This document shows positions 22,659-32,264 of a stretch of 64,000 nt of DNA, one piece after another; position 1 is the first letter of the stretch; every line of letters starts with the position of its first letter. The stretch spans positions 4,579 through 68,578 of the forward strand of contig CAZGQR010000009.1 in assembly GCA_964527765.1 (NCBI GenBank). Direction: 5' to 3'. The DNA is from an uncultured Planctomycetia bacterium. GTDB taxonomy: Bacteria; Omnitrophota; Gorgyraeia; Tantalellales; Tantalellaceae. The notes below the pieces were generated by a model that did no database searches, was not told where the DNA came from, and worked only from the letters and a program-made list of their open reading frames with translations. Both the position numbers and the translations under genes were made by a program.

Positions 22659-22668
22659 GTAATATTAT

Positions 22669-23295
22669 CTAGCTTTTTTTTGCCTTAATGATTTTGCTCT
22701 CTGTTCCCTGGATCAAGCGTTTGATATTAGCTCTGTGGACATAAACCCCCACCAGGCATAAAACCGCGCAGAAAATAATAAAGCTCATTTTTTTGCCTGT
22801 CGCCAGGGCAAGGATGGGAAGCGCGGTCGCGGCTATGATCGATGCCAGCGACACATATTTCCAGATCGCGAACACGATTATCCATATCCCGAGACAACTG
22901 AGAAATATCCAGGGAGAAAGCCCTGCCATAACGCCCGCCGTGGTCGCCACTCCCTTGCCCCCTCTGAATCTCAAAAAACAGGTCCAGATGTGCCCGGAAA
23001 TAGCCGCCGCTCCCAGTAGGATATAGACAAAGCCGTAAGATTCCGCCAGGCCCGGAATAAATCTCCGGAGGACCGCGGGTATCAGGGTAACGGCTATTGT
23101 TCCCTTTGAAAAATCTATAATGAATACGATGATCCCGGGAACCTTCCCTACCGTGCGGGCCACGTTCGTAGCCCCGACATTGCCGCTTCCGTGTTCACGT
23201 ATATCAATACCTTTTAATGCCCTGCCGAAGATGTATGCCGTCGGAATAGCTCCCAGGAGATACGCAACAATGATAGATACCGCGATGTATATCAT
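22669..23295 (-). CDS. plsY: glycerol-3-phosphate acyltransferase PlsY
   Basis: 208 aa multi-TM protein with PlsY motifs (GSGNVGATN, FKGGKGVAT). Confidence 0.9.
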   Translation of the reverse strand: MIYIAVSIIVAYLLGAIPTAYIFGRALKGIDIREHGSGNVGATNVARTVGKVPGIIVFIIDFSKGTIAVTLIPAVLRRFIPGLAESYGFVYILLGAAAISGHIWTCFLRFRGGKGVATTAGVMAGLSPWIFLSCLGIWIIVFAIWKYVSLASIIAATALPILALATGKKMSFIIFCAVLCLVGVYVHRANIKRLIQGTESKIIKAKKS

Positions 23296-24656
23296 CTCTC
23301 CGCCTTTCTCGATTTTCTGATCAATACCTTGACGGGGATACCCTTGAGCGGCAGGTTATCCCGCAAATTATTTTCTATAAAACTCAAGTGTGCCGGCAGA
23401 ACGCTGGCAGGATCGTTCACGAAATACTTGAATTCCATGGGCCTGGAGCTGCTCTGGACCATGTAAAGAAAATTGGGCCTTTTTCTGCTCCTGGGGATCG
23501 GAACAGCCGAAGGATCTTTTTTCTCGAAGATCCTGTTCAGGAACGGCGTGGAAACCTTGAGGTCAAGATTCGCATCCAGCACTTTGGCCATTTGAAGGCT
23601 TGCGAGCACGTTCTTTCCGGTTTTCGAGGAAATGAACGATATCGGGAATTTGGCGAGGTGGCTGAACGCGTAAACGAGATGCTTTTCGTAACTCTCCACG
23701 GATACATCATCGGCCTTCTCGGCCAGGTCCCATTTATTGACAAGCACAAGGCACGCTTTGCCGTTATCTTCAACGAACCGCAGTATATCGATATCATCTT
23801 TGGTTACCCCGTCCGGGGCGTCAAGCAAGAGTATCACCACGTCCGCCCTTTTAATGGATTCCCTGGACCGCATGACGCTGTAAACGTCAACTGCGGCCTT
23901 GATCTTTCGCTTGTGACGGATACCGGCGGTGTCGATCAAAATGTATTCGTCCCCTTCGTAACTGAAATAGGTATCGATGGAATCCCTGGTGGTCCCCGGG
24001 ATGGCGCTTACTATGACACGGTCGCGCGCCAGGAGATTGTTGACAAAGGATGATTTCCCGACATTCGGCCTGCCCACAACCGCTATCTTGAGATATCTTG
24101 ATTCTTGTTCTGCCGCGACCCCGGGCACCGGGGCCTCCTTCATAAGATCCTCGATGGATTCCAGTATGCGTTTCCTGATGCTCCTTATGCCTTTCCTGTG
24201 CAGGCAGGAGATCTGTTCCGGTTTTCCAAAACCCAGCTGATAGAACTCCAGTGAATCATTCTCGAGCATGTCGTTGTCGGTCTTATTCGCCGCCAGGATA
24301 ACGGGTTTGCTGAACTTTCTCAGAAGCAGGGCGATCTCCTCATCGGAAGCGGAAATGCCCGCAGCTGTATCGGTCACCATAAGTATTATGGAAGCCTCTT
24401 CCATTGCCCTGTATATCTGGTCCTTGATCTGCAGGGAAAGCTCGTCCTTGTCTTTGGAAACATACCCGCCCGTGTCCACGATCTTGGCGCTGAATCTGTT
24501 CAGGTGAATGACCGCTTCCACCCTGTCCCGGGTGGTCCCGGATTGCTCGACAACCACGGCGCGTTTTTCCTTCAGGAGGCAGTTGAAAAGGGATGATTTT
24601 CCTACGTTAGGCCGGCCCACGATACATATCGTGGGAATACCGCTATGATTTTTCAT
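23292..24656 (-). CDS. der: ribosome-associated GTPase Der/EngA (tandem G domains + KH)
   Basis: Two P-loops (GRPNVGKSSLFN and GRPNVGKSSFVN), DTAG/DTGG, NKxD motifs. Confidence 0.95.
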   Translation of the reverse strand: MKNHSGIPTICIVGRPNVGKSSLFNCLLKEKRAVVVEQSGTTRDRVEAVIHLNRFSAKIVDTGGYVSKDKDELSLQIKDQIYRAMEEASIILMVTDTAAGISASDEEIALLLRKFSKPVILAANKTDNDMLENDSLEFYQLGFGKPEQISCLHRKGIRSIRKRILESIEDLMKEAPVPGVAAEQESRYLKIAVVGRPNVGKSSFVNNLLARDRVIVSAIPGTTRDSIDTYFSYEGDEYILIDTAGIRHKRKIKAAVDVYSVMRSRESIKRADVVILLLDAPDGVTKDDIDILRFVEDNGKACLVLVNKWDLAEKADDVSVESYEKHLVYAFSHLAKFPISFISSKTGKNVLASLQMAKVLDANLDLKVSTPFLNRIFEKKDPSAVPIPRSRKRPNFLYMVQSSSRPMEFKYFVNDPASVLPAHLSFIENNLRDNLPLKGIPVKVLIRKSRKAER

Positions 24657-25230
24657 TGATCTGCCCGGATCCTATCCTGATATAATCCAAGCCGGAAAGG
24701 ACGGTGAACACCACCGTGATATTCCATATCCAGCTCGCATGAACAAAACGCAAAAGCACGGTGACGATCGTCAGCATCTGGAAAAAGGTGGTTATTTTTC
24801 CCATGACCGTGGGTTTGATGTTCAGGTCGCCGGTCACGAGATATATGATCGCCGCCCCCATTAAAATGATCACGTCCCTTGAGATGACGATTATGGGAAC
24901 GTACACGGGCATTTTGATATAATCGGGTAAGCCGCTTACCAGACTGAAACTTATGAACGCGCTTCCTATGAGCATCTTGTCGGCAATGGGATCCATTATG
25001 GCGCCGAACTTTGTCTTTTCCCTGCGTGTCCGGGCTATATAACCGTCCAGCGCATCCGTTATGACGGCAAGCAAGAACACCGCAAAAGCTATGTTCAGCC
25101 TGTGGTACAGAACAGACGTAATGAAGATCGGAACAAGTATTATCCGGCATATGGTAATCCTGTTAGCCCAGTTCATAACTCCCCCCGTCAATCTCCTTTC
25201 CTGATAAGCCGTATCCGTTTTATCGGCCAA
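24643..25230 (-). CDS. pgsA: CDP-diacylglycerol--glycerol-3-phosphate 3-phosphatidyltransferase
   Basis: CDP-alcohol phosphatidyltransferase motif DALDGYIAR...G...AIMDPIADK. Start could alternatively be ATG 25176 (MNWANRIT). Confidence 0.8.
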   Translation of the reverse strand: MADKTDTAYQERRLTGGVMNWANRITICRIILVPIFITSVLYHRLNIAFAVFLLAVITDALDGYIARTRREKTKFGAIMDPIADKMLIGSAFISFSLVSGLPDYIKMPVYVPIIVISRDVIILMGAAIIYLVTGDLNIKPTVMGKITTFFQMLTIVTVLLRFVHASWIWNITVVFTVLSGLDYIRIGSGQINEKS

Positions 25231-25781
25231 TGGATAATGAAAACTTTACCTACGAGGTTCCTGTCCGGGACAAATCCCCAGTACCTTGAGTCCATGGAAT
25301 TAGCGCTGTTGTCGCCCAGCACGTAAAAATGGCCTTCCGGAACGCGGATCGCCTCGCCTATAGCGCCGTACTTCCCCCGGTTGTAATAAAAGAAACGCTT
25401 GAAGGGGGAGTCGGTAATCCTCTTGCCGTCCACGAAGAGCGCGCCGTCTTCTATCCGGACAGATCGCCCTCCTCCGGCGATGAAGCGTTTTACAAGATAT
25501 TTTTTCTTCTCTATGGGTGACAGGAACACGACGATGTCCCCGAGCTTGGGGGACTCCATCTCCGGCAACCTGATGTCCGTAAAGGGCACTTTGGCCCCGT
25601 AGACAAATTTGTTGACAAATATCCTGTCGCCCGGCTTAAACGTGGAATACATCGAGTTGGAAGGTATCTTGAAGGGCTGCACGATAAACGTCCTTATAAA
25701 AAGAGCAAGGACAGCCGCGATCAGTATCGGTTTTATCCACTCGTCCCACAGGTAATACCGGAATTTTCTGTCGAACTTCAT
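25188..25781 (-). CDS. lepB: signal peptidase I
   Basis: Catalytic Ser box IPSNSMYSTF, Lys box, GDNSANSMDSRYWGFV. Start reassigned to ATG 25781 (ATGA overlap with lepA stop). ORF-track start 25910 is a Lys-rich extension. Confidence 0.85.
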   Translation of the reverse strand: MKFDRKFRYYLWDEWIKPILIAAVLALFIRTFIVQPFKIPSNSMYSTFKPGDRIFVNKFVYGAKVPFTDIRLPEMESPKLGDIVVFLSPIEKKKYLVKRFIAGGGRSVRIEDGALFVDGKRITDSPFKRFFYYNRGKYGAIGEAIRVPEGHFYVLGDNSANSMDSRYWGFVPDRNLVGKVFIIHWPIKRIRLIRKGD

Positions 25782-27577
25782 GAGACCCTCATGGCTTTTA
25801 AGAACGCTTCCTTGGGGACATCCACTTTTCCTATCCTGCGCATTTTTTTCTTCCCGACTTTCTGTTTTTCCCAGAGTTTTCTTTTTCTTGTAATATCGCC
25901 GCCGTAGCATTTTCCGGTGACGTGTTTTTTCAGCGCCGAGATGTTTTCCCTCGCCAGGACTTCCCCTCCGATAGCGGCCTGCACCGCCACCTTGAACAGC
26001 TGCCTGGGAATGGTCTCCTTAAGCTTCTGCACCAGTTCCCTGCCTTTCCTTTTGGCCTTTTCTTTATGCACGATGGACGAGAGCGCATCGCACGGGACCC
26101 CGTTAATGAGGATATCCAGCTTGACTATATCAGACTTTTTATATCCGATAAACTCATAGTCAAGAGAACCGTATCCCTGGGTCGAGGACTTGATCTTGTC
26201 GTAAAAATCAACTATTATCTCCGCCAGGGGCATATTGTAAATAAGCTGCGCTTTCCTGGGATCAAGGTACTTGGTGCTGATAAATTCGCCTCTTTTGTCC
26301 TCGCACAGTTTCATGAGAGCCCCGATAGCGTTCGACGGCGCGATAATGTAACACTTCACGAACGGTTCCTCGACATATTCTATTCTTTCTTTCTCCGGGT
26401 ACTTCGTCGGGTTATCTACTTCGATGAGCTCCCCTCCGGTCAGTTTTACCTTGTAATTCACGCTCGGCGAGGAGGCGATCAGGTCCAGGTTAAATTCGCG
26501 TTCCAGCCGCTCCTGGATTATCTCCATGTGCAGCAGCCCCAGGAAACCGCATCTGAAACCGAATCCCAGCGCCGCCGATGTCTCGGGCTCATAGATAAAG
26601 GAGGGATCCGACAGGCGCATCTTTTCCATTGCGCTCTTAAGATCCTCGTAATCTTCATTACTGATAGGATATATGCCGCTGTAAACCATCGGTTTTACTT
26701 TTTTATATCCGGGCAGCGGGTCTTTCGCGGGGTTGGCCAGATCGGTTATGGTATCACCCACGACCACTTCCTTCGCCTCCTTGATGTTGCAGATAATATA
26801 CCCTACCTGACCGCAATCCAGCTCATCAACGGTCTGTTCGGAAGGCGTGAACACGCCGACCTCCTTTACCTCATACCGGTTACGCCTGTTCATCATCTCG
26901 ATCTGCATGCCGGCTTTTAAAAAACCGTTCACGATACGCACATAGACTATGACGCCCCTGTAGGTATCGTAGGAGGAATCGAATATGAGCGCCTGAAGGG
27001 GCTCCTTTCGCTTGCCGGAAGGCGGCGGTATTCTCTTCACGATCTCCTCAAGGACATCCTGCGTGCCCAGTCCTTCTTTCGCGCTTATGAGCATGATCTC
27101 ATCGTCCTCGACCCCCAGGATATCCCTCATCTGGTGTTTTATTTCTTCTATTCTCGCGCTTTTAAGATCGATCTTATTGATGATCGGGATTATCTTCAGG
27201 TCATGCTCCATGGCCAGGTAAAGATTGGCGATGGTCTGGGCCTCGACCCCCTGAACGGCATCCACCAAGAGGAGCGCGCCTTCGCATGCGGCGATCGACT
27301 TGGAGACCTCGTACGCGAAATCGACATGCCCCGGGGTATCGATGAGGTTCAGCAGATAAGTATCATTATCCCTGGCTTTGTAAATTATCCTGACCGCGCT
27401 GGACTTAATGGTTATGCCTCTTTCCCTTTCCAGGTCCATTGCGTCCAGGAACTGATCCCTGAACTCGCGGGTGGTGACGGTATCGGTGACCTGTATCATC
27501 CTGTCGGCCAGGGTCGACTTGCCGTGGTCGATATGGGCTATGATGCAAAAATTCCGTATTTTCGAGAGATCGCTCAT
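25778..27577 (-). CDS. lepA: elongation factor 4 (LepA)
   Basis: 599 aa. G-domain AHIDHGKST, DTPGHVDF, LepA-specific C-terminal domain. Confidence 0.95.
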   Translation of the reverse strand: MSDLSKIRNFCIIAHIDHGKSTLADRMIQVTDTVTTREFRDQFLDAMDLERERGITIKSSAVRIIYKARDNDTYLLNLIDTPGHVDFAYEVSKSIAACEGALLLVDAVQGVEAQTIANLYLAMEHDLKIIPIINKIDLKSARIEEIKHQMRDILGVEDDEIMLISAKEGLGTQDVLEEIVKRIPPPSGKRKEPLQALIFDSSYDTYRGVIVYVRIVNGFLKAGMQIEMMNRRNRYEVKEVGVFTPSEQTVDELDCGQVGYIICNIKEAKEVVVGDTITDLANPAKDPLPGYKKVKPMVYSGIYPISNEDYEDLKSAMEKMRLSDPSFIYEPETSAALGFGFRCGFLGLLHMEIIQERLEREFNLDLIASSPSVNYKVKLTGGELIEVDNPTKYPEKERIEYVEEPFVKCYIIAPSNAIGALMKLCEDKRGEFISTKYLDPRKAQLIYNMPLAEIIVDFYDKIKSSTQGYGSLDYEFIGYKKSDIVKLDILINGVPCDALSSIVHKEKAKRKGRELVQKLKETIPRQLFKVAVQAAIGGEVLARENISALKKHVTGKCYGGDITRKRKLWEKQKVGKKKMRRIGKVDVPKEAFLKAMRVS

Positions 27578-27599
27578 GTCTATCCGTGTACAGTATTCA

Positions 27600-27763
27600 C
27601 AAAAAGATTACAGGACAGTTCGGGGCATTTTTACCGGAAGCCTGCAAACTTTTAAGAACATTAAATATTATGCTATTGTTATTTTTTCAAGCTCGGACGC
27701 GTAGCAATTTAAGTTTGTTGTTTCATGCAAGCTTCCGTACAAAACGCCCCGAACTGTCCCGTC
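27600..27763. repeat. long imperfect inverted repeat (~42-bp arms, ~90% complementary) around a ~73-bp AT-rich spacer. Possible MITE-like element or large regulatory stem-loop
   Basis: Left arm 27600-27643 acaggacagttcggggcatttttaccggaagcctgcaaac pairs with right arm 27717-27761 (rc acgggacagttcggggcgttttgtacggaagcttgcatgaaac). Located between the PGM/PMM stop and the lepA start. Confidence 0.6.
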
Positions 27764-27781
27764 CGTTTCCGACTTTCACAT

Positions 27782-29206
27782 TCACATCAATGAAAACGCG
27801 TACTTCTCCCCGAACTTCAGATACCTCAACGACTCTTTTTTCGAACGGGTCTCGGCGTATATCCTGAGTTTCGGCTCGGTGCCCGAAAGCCGCAGGAGAA
27901 GCCAGCTGCCATCCTTGCATATGAATTTCGACCCGTCGTAGTCCACGATCCCGACGACCGGTTTGTCCAGCACTTTCCCGAGCGGCTTTTTCCTGATACC
28001 GTGCATCAGCTTTTTCCGTTTGGATTCGGGAAAGATCAGGTCTTTCCTCTCGTAAACATAATTTCCGTACTTTTTGTTCGTGTCGGCCACTATGCGCCCC
28101 AGGGGCTTTTTTTCCGCGAGCATGAGCTCCATGATCAAAAGCGCCGACAGGAAACCGTCCCGTTCCGGAATATAGTTCTTGAAGGCGATGCCTCCCGTTT
28201 CCTCGCCGCCGATAAGGATATTCTTTTTTGTCATCACATCACATATGTACTTGAACCCGACAGGGGTCTCATACGCCGGAAGACCGTATTTCTCGCAGAT
28301 CTTGTTTATCAGGCCGGTCCCGCAAATGGTCTGGACGACACCCCCTGTCATCTTCCTGTTCTTGAGGAGGTGTAAGAGCAAAAGCGCCATGACCTTGTGC
28401 CCCGACAGCATATTTCCCTTTTCGTCAACTATGGCGACACGGTCGGAGTCCCCGTCCGTGGCCACGCCCAGATCATATTTTCCTTTTTTCACGCCGCTCA
28501 TGAGCCCCTTCAGGTGTCCTTCGTTGGGTTCGGGCGCCCTGCCCTTAAAGGAAGGGTTTATCTCGGCATTCATGAAATCCAGTTTTATCCCGGTATTCTT
28601 AAGCAGATCCCCTAAATACGTGCGGCCCGTCCCGTTCATCGAGTCCACCAGGACCTTGAACTTCGCTTTCTTGAGCTTCCTCATGTCGGCGTACCTCTTG
28701 ACGTAACTGAGTTGCACTCTCACTATATCCTCCAGGGTGATCCTGCCTTTCTTCAATCCCTCGTCAAGGGACATGGACTTCACGGGGTTCCTGTGAAGCC
28801 TTTTTTCGATATCATCAATGATATCGTTCCCGGCGGAACCGGCAAAAAAGCCCTTGTACTTGATGCCGTTATACCGCGCCGGATTGTGGCTGGCGGTTAT
28901 AATGACCCCGCCCGTTAACTTCTTGTCCTTGATATAGACACACACCGCCGGCGTCGGGCTCGGCCTGTCAGAAAGAACGACCTTTATCCCGTTGGCGGCC
29001 AGGACACCGGCTATTATCTCGGCATATTCGTCGGAAAGAAACCGGGTATCATACCCCACCACCAGTTTTTTCTTCCTGTAAACCGGTTCTTTGCGTGACT
29101 TAACAAAATCCGCGACCGCCTGGGCCACGATCTCCACGTTCTTAAAGGTGAAATCGTCGCTTATGACCGCTCTCCATCCGTCCGTACCGAATTTTATCCT
29201 GGACAT
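27782..29206 (-). CDS. phosphoglucomutase/phosphomannomutase family (alpha-D-phosphohexomutase)
   Basis: 474 aa. KFGTDGWRA N-terminus, active-site TASHNP, Mg loop DGDSDR, sugar-binding GGEETGG. Confidence 0.8.
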   Translation of the reverse strand: MSRIKFGTDGWRAVISDDFTFKNVEIVAQAVADFVKSRKEPVYRKKKLVVGYDTRFLSDEYAEIIAGVLAANGIKVVLSDRPSPTPAVCVYIKDKKLTGGVIITASHNPARYNGIKYKGFFAGSAGNDIIDDIEKRLHRNPVKSMSLDEGLKKGRITLEDIVRVQLSYVKRYADMRKLKKAKFKVLVDSMNGTGRTYLGDLLKNTGIKLDFMNAEINPSFKGRAPEPNEGHLKGLMSGVKKGKYDLGVATDGDSDRVAIVDEKGNMLSGHKVMALLLLHLLKNRKMTGGVVQTICGTGLINKICEKYGLPAYETPVGFKYICDVMTKKNILIGGEETGGIAFKNYIPERDGFLSALLIMELMLAEKKPLGRIVADTNKKYGNYVYERKDLIFPESKRKKLMHGIRKKPLGKVLDKPVVGIVDYDGSKFICKDGSWLLLRLSGTEPKLRIYAETRSKKESLRYLKFGEKYAFSLM

Positions 29207-29240
29207 ATATTCTCCTCTTTTTAATGGTCGCTGTCCCTAT

Positions 29241-29885
29241 TTAATTGCCCCTGAGTTCCCTGATCGCCTTTCCGTAATCCTCCTGACCGAAGACCGCGGT
29301 GCCCGCTACGAGGACATCCGCACCGGCGCTTATTGCTTTCGGGGCCGTTTCCCCGGTTATCCCGCCGTCGACCTGTATCTGCCCGTCAAACCGGCCTCTT
29401 ATCTCCTTTATCTTATCCATCGTGTCTTCCATGAAAGATTGTCCCGCAAAACCCGGTTCCACCGTCATGACCAGGACCATATCCACCTTGTCCAGAACAT
29501 GATCGAGGGCCGAAACACCCGTTCCCGGCTTTATGGAAACGCCTGCCTTCTTGCCTTTTGCCCTTATCTTTTTGATGGTATTTTCGGGAGTTTCGCAGGC
29601 CTCTATATGGAACGTTATCATATCGCTGCCGGCATCGGCAAACTGGTCGATGTACCTTCCCGGATCGTCGATCATGAGATGCGCATCAAGGAACAGGTTT
29701 GTCACCGGCCTGATGGATCTCACGACAACGGGGCCTATCGTGATGTTGGGGACAAAGACCCCGTCCATCACGTCGATATGCACCCAGTCGGCTCCGCCCG
29801 CTTCTATCGCTTTTATCTCCTCGGCCAGTCTGCTGAAATCCGCCGAGAGAATGCTGGGCGCGATCAATATTTTTTTATCGCTCAT
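29241..29885 (-). CDS. rpe: ribulose-phosphate 3-epimerase
   Basis: 214 aa. IAPSILSADF, HIDVMDG, conserved Rpe TIM-barrel motifs. Confidence 0.9.
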   Translation of the reverse strand: MSDKKILIAPSILSADFSRLAEEIKAIEAGGADWVHIDVMDGVFVPNITIGPVVVRSIRPVTNLFLDAHLMIDDPGRYIDQFADAGSDMITFHIEACETPENTIKKIRAKGKKAGVSIKPGTGVSALDHVLDKVDMVLVMTVEPGFAGQSFMEDTMDKIKEIRGRFDGQIQVDGGITGETAPKAISAGADVLVAGTAVFGQEDYGKAIRELRGN

Positions 29886-29917
29886 GTTCGATCCTTTCCT
29901 GACGATCGCTCGCCGCT

Positions 29918-30994
29918 TTAGTGACGTTCGCTCACCATAACATAGACCCTGTTTATGTCATCCAGGGTGATCACGCCTATTATCTTGCCGTTCTTTTCCA
30001 CCGGCATGGCGTGCGTGCCGTGCTTTTGCATGAGCTTTTGCACGACGTGCAATCTGGCGGTCACCTTGACCGGAGGTATATCCCTGCGCATGATACGCCC
30101 GACCTCTGTCTCCCTGCCCTTCTCGTGCAGGGCGTGGATGATCTCCCTCCGCGTAACAAAACCTTTCAGGCGCCCGTTCTCCATCACGGGATAGTCTTCC
30201 TGATGCGTATGGAATATGAGTTCCAGGACCTTCGCCAGGGGCGTATCCTCGTCCAAGCATATAAAATCCCTGGCGAGCACATCCCTTACCGAATACCTCT
30301 TGATGGTCTCCGTGACCTCCACCTGGATGCCCTCGCTGGAAGCCGCCATGTAAATGAAAACCGCAATGATCAAAAGGATAATATGTCCGTACACTATGCC
30401 GATATAAGCAAAAAGAAGCGCGAATATATGCCCGAGCCTGACGGCCACGGCCGTGGCTTTTCTGTGGCTCATGCGATACGTCAGCACCGCGCGCAGGACC
30501 CGCCCGCCGTCCATGGGAAATGCCGGGATCATGTTGAAAACAGCCAGAATGAGGTTGATCCAGTAAATATGCGCCAGGACGTTGAAAGACCCCGTGTACT
30601 TCGCCTGTCCCGTTATCACCAGGAACGGATACATCAATGTCTCTTTTCCGAGAAGAAAATAAAGCGGGTAGTAAAAGATCACCACGATGAGTATGTTGGA
30701 TAAAGGGCCCGCAACGGATATGAGGAGTTCCTGGTACGGCTTGGTCGGCGCTTCGGACATTGACGCCACGCCGCCTATGGGCAAAAGAGTTATGCGCTTC
30801 ACCTTTATCCCGAAATATGCCGCGACCACGCTGTGGGAAAGCTCGTGTATCGTCACGAACAGGAACACGCCCAGTATAAGGATAAGCCCCTTGAAACCGA
30901 GCAGGAGAAAGAAAGCCGCAAGAAGCAGAAAGAACGTGAAATGTATATCTATGTCTATCCCCAGGACCCTGGTCAGACGAAAAGAGCCTCTCAT
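29918..30994 (-). CDS. site-2 protease family zinc metalloprotease (peptidase M50) with tandem CBS domains
   Basis: HELSH zinc motif (TIHELSHSVV), multiple TM helices, second metal ligand region FNMIPAFPMDGG, C-terminal CBS pair. Confidence 0.8.
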   Translation of the reverse strand: MRGSFRLTRVLGIDIDIHFTFFLLLAAFFLLLGFKGLILILGVFLFVTIHELSHSVVAAYFGIKVKRITLLPIGGVASMSEAPTKPYQELLISVAGPLSNILIVVIFYYPLYFLLGKETLMYPFLVITGQAKYTGSFNVLAHIYWINLILAVFNMIPAFPMDGGRVLRAVLTYRMSHRKATAVAVRLGHIFALLFAYIGIVYGHIILLIIAVFIYMAASSEGIQVEVTETIKRYSVRDVLARDFICLDEDTPLAKVLELIFHTHQEDYPVMENGRLKGFVTRREIIHALHEKGRETEVGRIMRRDIPPVKVTARLHVVQKLMQKHGTHAMPVEKNGKIIGVITLDDINRVYVMVSERH

Positions 30995-32262
30995 AACTTG
31001 TTCAGTTCCTTTTTGATCTTATTTTTATCCCTGTCGCTTATCCTCCCTATCATGGCCAGGTTGGCCGAAGAGGACCTGAAGATCCTTTCACTCATATTTT
31101 GTATCTCCCCCGGCGTCACAGCGTCTATTCTTTTCAGCACGCTCTTTACCTCCGGTATGTTCTTGTGCACCATATGCCTGTCCCCAAGCCACAGCATCCT
31201 TGTCGATGTTCTCTCTATCGCGAGAAGGAACTGTCCTTTGGCGTATTCCTTCGCGCGCGCCAGCTCGCCGCCGGTCACACCCATATCCCTCAGCTTTTTC
31301 AATTCGTCCAGTATGGCGATCACGGACTTCAGCGCCTTCCTGTTGTCCACCCCGGCGTGTACCTGGATCTCTCCCGTATCGCTATGCCGCTTGTACGCCG
31401 AGGCTATATCGTAGCAAAGGCCGTACTTTTCGCGCAGTTCCTCAAAAAGACGGGATGACATGTTCCCGCCGAAGATCACGTTCATGAGCCTTATCGCGAA
31501 TCTCTCCCTGGTATCGCGGTCCGTGGCATGGAACCCCATCGCGAGATGCGTCTGCTTGGTCTCCTTGCGGCAGATTTTCACGCGGGAACTTTTCTGCCCA
31601 GTCCTCGGGGCGCTGAAAGACGGATTCCGCTTCTTCCTCTGCCCCGCGAACTTCCGCATGGCACAGGTGAAGACTTTTCCGGGGCTGACCTTTCCCGCCG
31701 CCACAACGGCGATATTCCCCGGATGATAGTTCGCTTCCTTGAATTTTATCAACGTGCCCGCGCTAAAACCCGTCACGGTGGTCATGTTTCCCGTCAACGG
31801 GCGCCCCAGAGCGTTGCCGGGCCACATGATCTCCCCCAAAAGGTCCAGGACGTGGTCTGCCGGATGATCGCGGTACATTTTTATCTCTTCGCAGATAACA
31901 AACTTCTCCCGGGCGAGGTCCTCCTTGTCGAACCTGGCGTTCAATACCATATCGGCCAGTATATCCATGCCGAGTTCCATATGCCTTGCGGGCACCTTCA
32001 CCATGTAGCATGTCACCTCGTCAGAAGTAAAAGCGTTGAACGTGCCGCCGATCCCTTCGATGGCCTGCTTGAGATCTTTGGCGGTCCGGGTATGCGTCCC
32101 CTTGAACATCATGTGTTCCACGAGATGGCTTATGCCGCTCTGGCGGGCGGACTCGTAACGCCCTCCTATGCCGACCCATATCCCGAGAGAGACCGAGGCC
32201 ATCTGCGGCATCGGAGACACTATCACGGTAAGACCGTTATTCCCCTGCAATTTCTTGTGCAT
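30991..32262 (-). CDS. peptidase M16 (pitrilysin/insulinase family) zinc protease
   Basis: Inverted zinc motif HxxEH (GISHLVEHMMFKGT) plus downstream Glu. 4-nt overlap with the M50 gene. Confidence 0.8.
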   Translation of the reverse strand: MHKKLQGNNGLTVIVSPMPQMASVSLGIWVGIGGRYESARQSGISHLVEHMMFKGTHTRTAKDLKQAIEGIGGTFNAFTSDEVTCYMVKVPARHMELGMDILADMVLNARFDKEDLAREKFVICEEIKMYRDHPADHVLDLLGEIMWPGNALGRPLTGNMTTVTGFSAGTLIKFKEANYHPGNIAVVAAGKVSPGKVFTCAMRKFAGQRKKRNPSFSAPRTGQKSSRVKICRKETKQTHLAMGFHATDRDTRERFAIRLMNVIFGGNMSSRLFEELREKYGLCYDIASAYKRHSDTGEIQVHAGVDNRKALKSVIAILDELKKLRDMGVTGGELARAKEYAKGQFLLAIERTSTRMLWLGDRHMVHKNIPEVKSVLKRIDAVTPGEIQNMSERIFRSSSANLAMIGRISDRDKNKIKKELNKL

Positions 32263-32264
32263 GT

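Noticed and set aside
27583-27786. Target-site duplication flanking the inverted-repeat element (attcaca occurs on both sides)
   Set aside because: The two heptamers are 5 and 16 nt away from the repeat ends rather than abutting them, so they are not a convincing TSD. Mobile-element status remains unproven.
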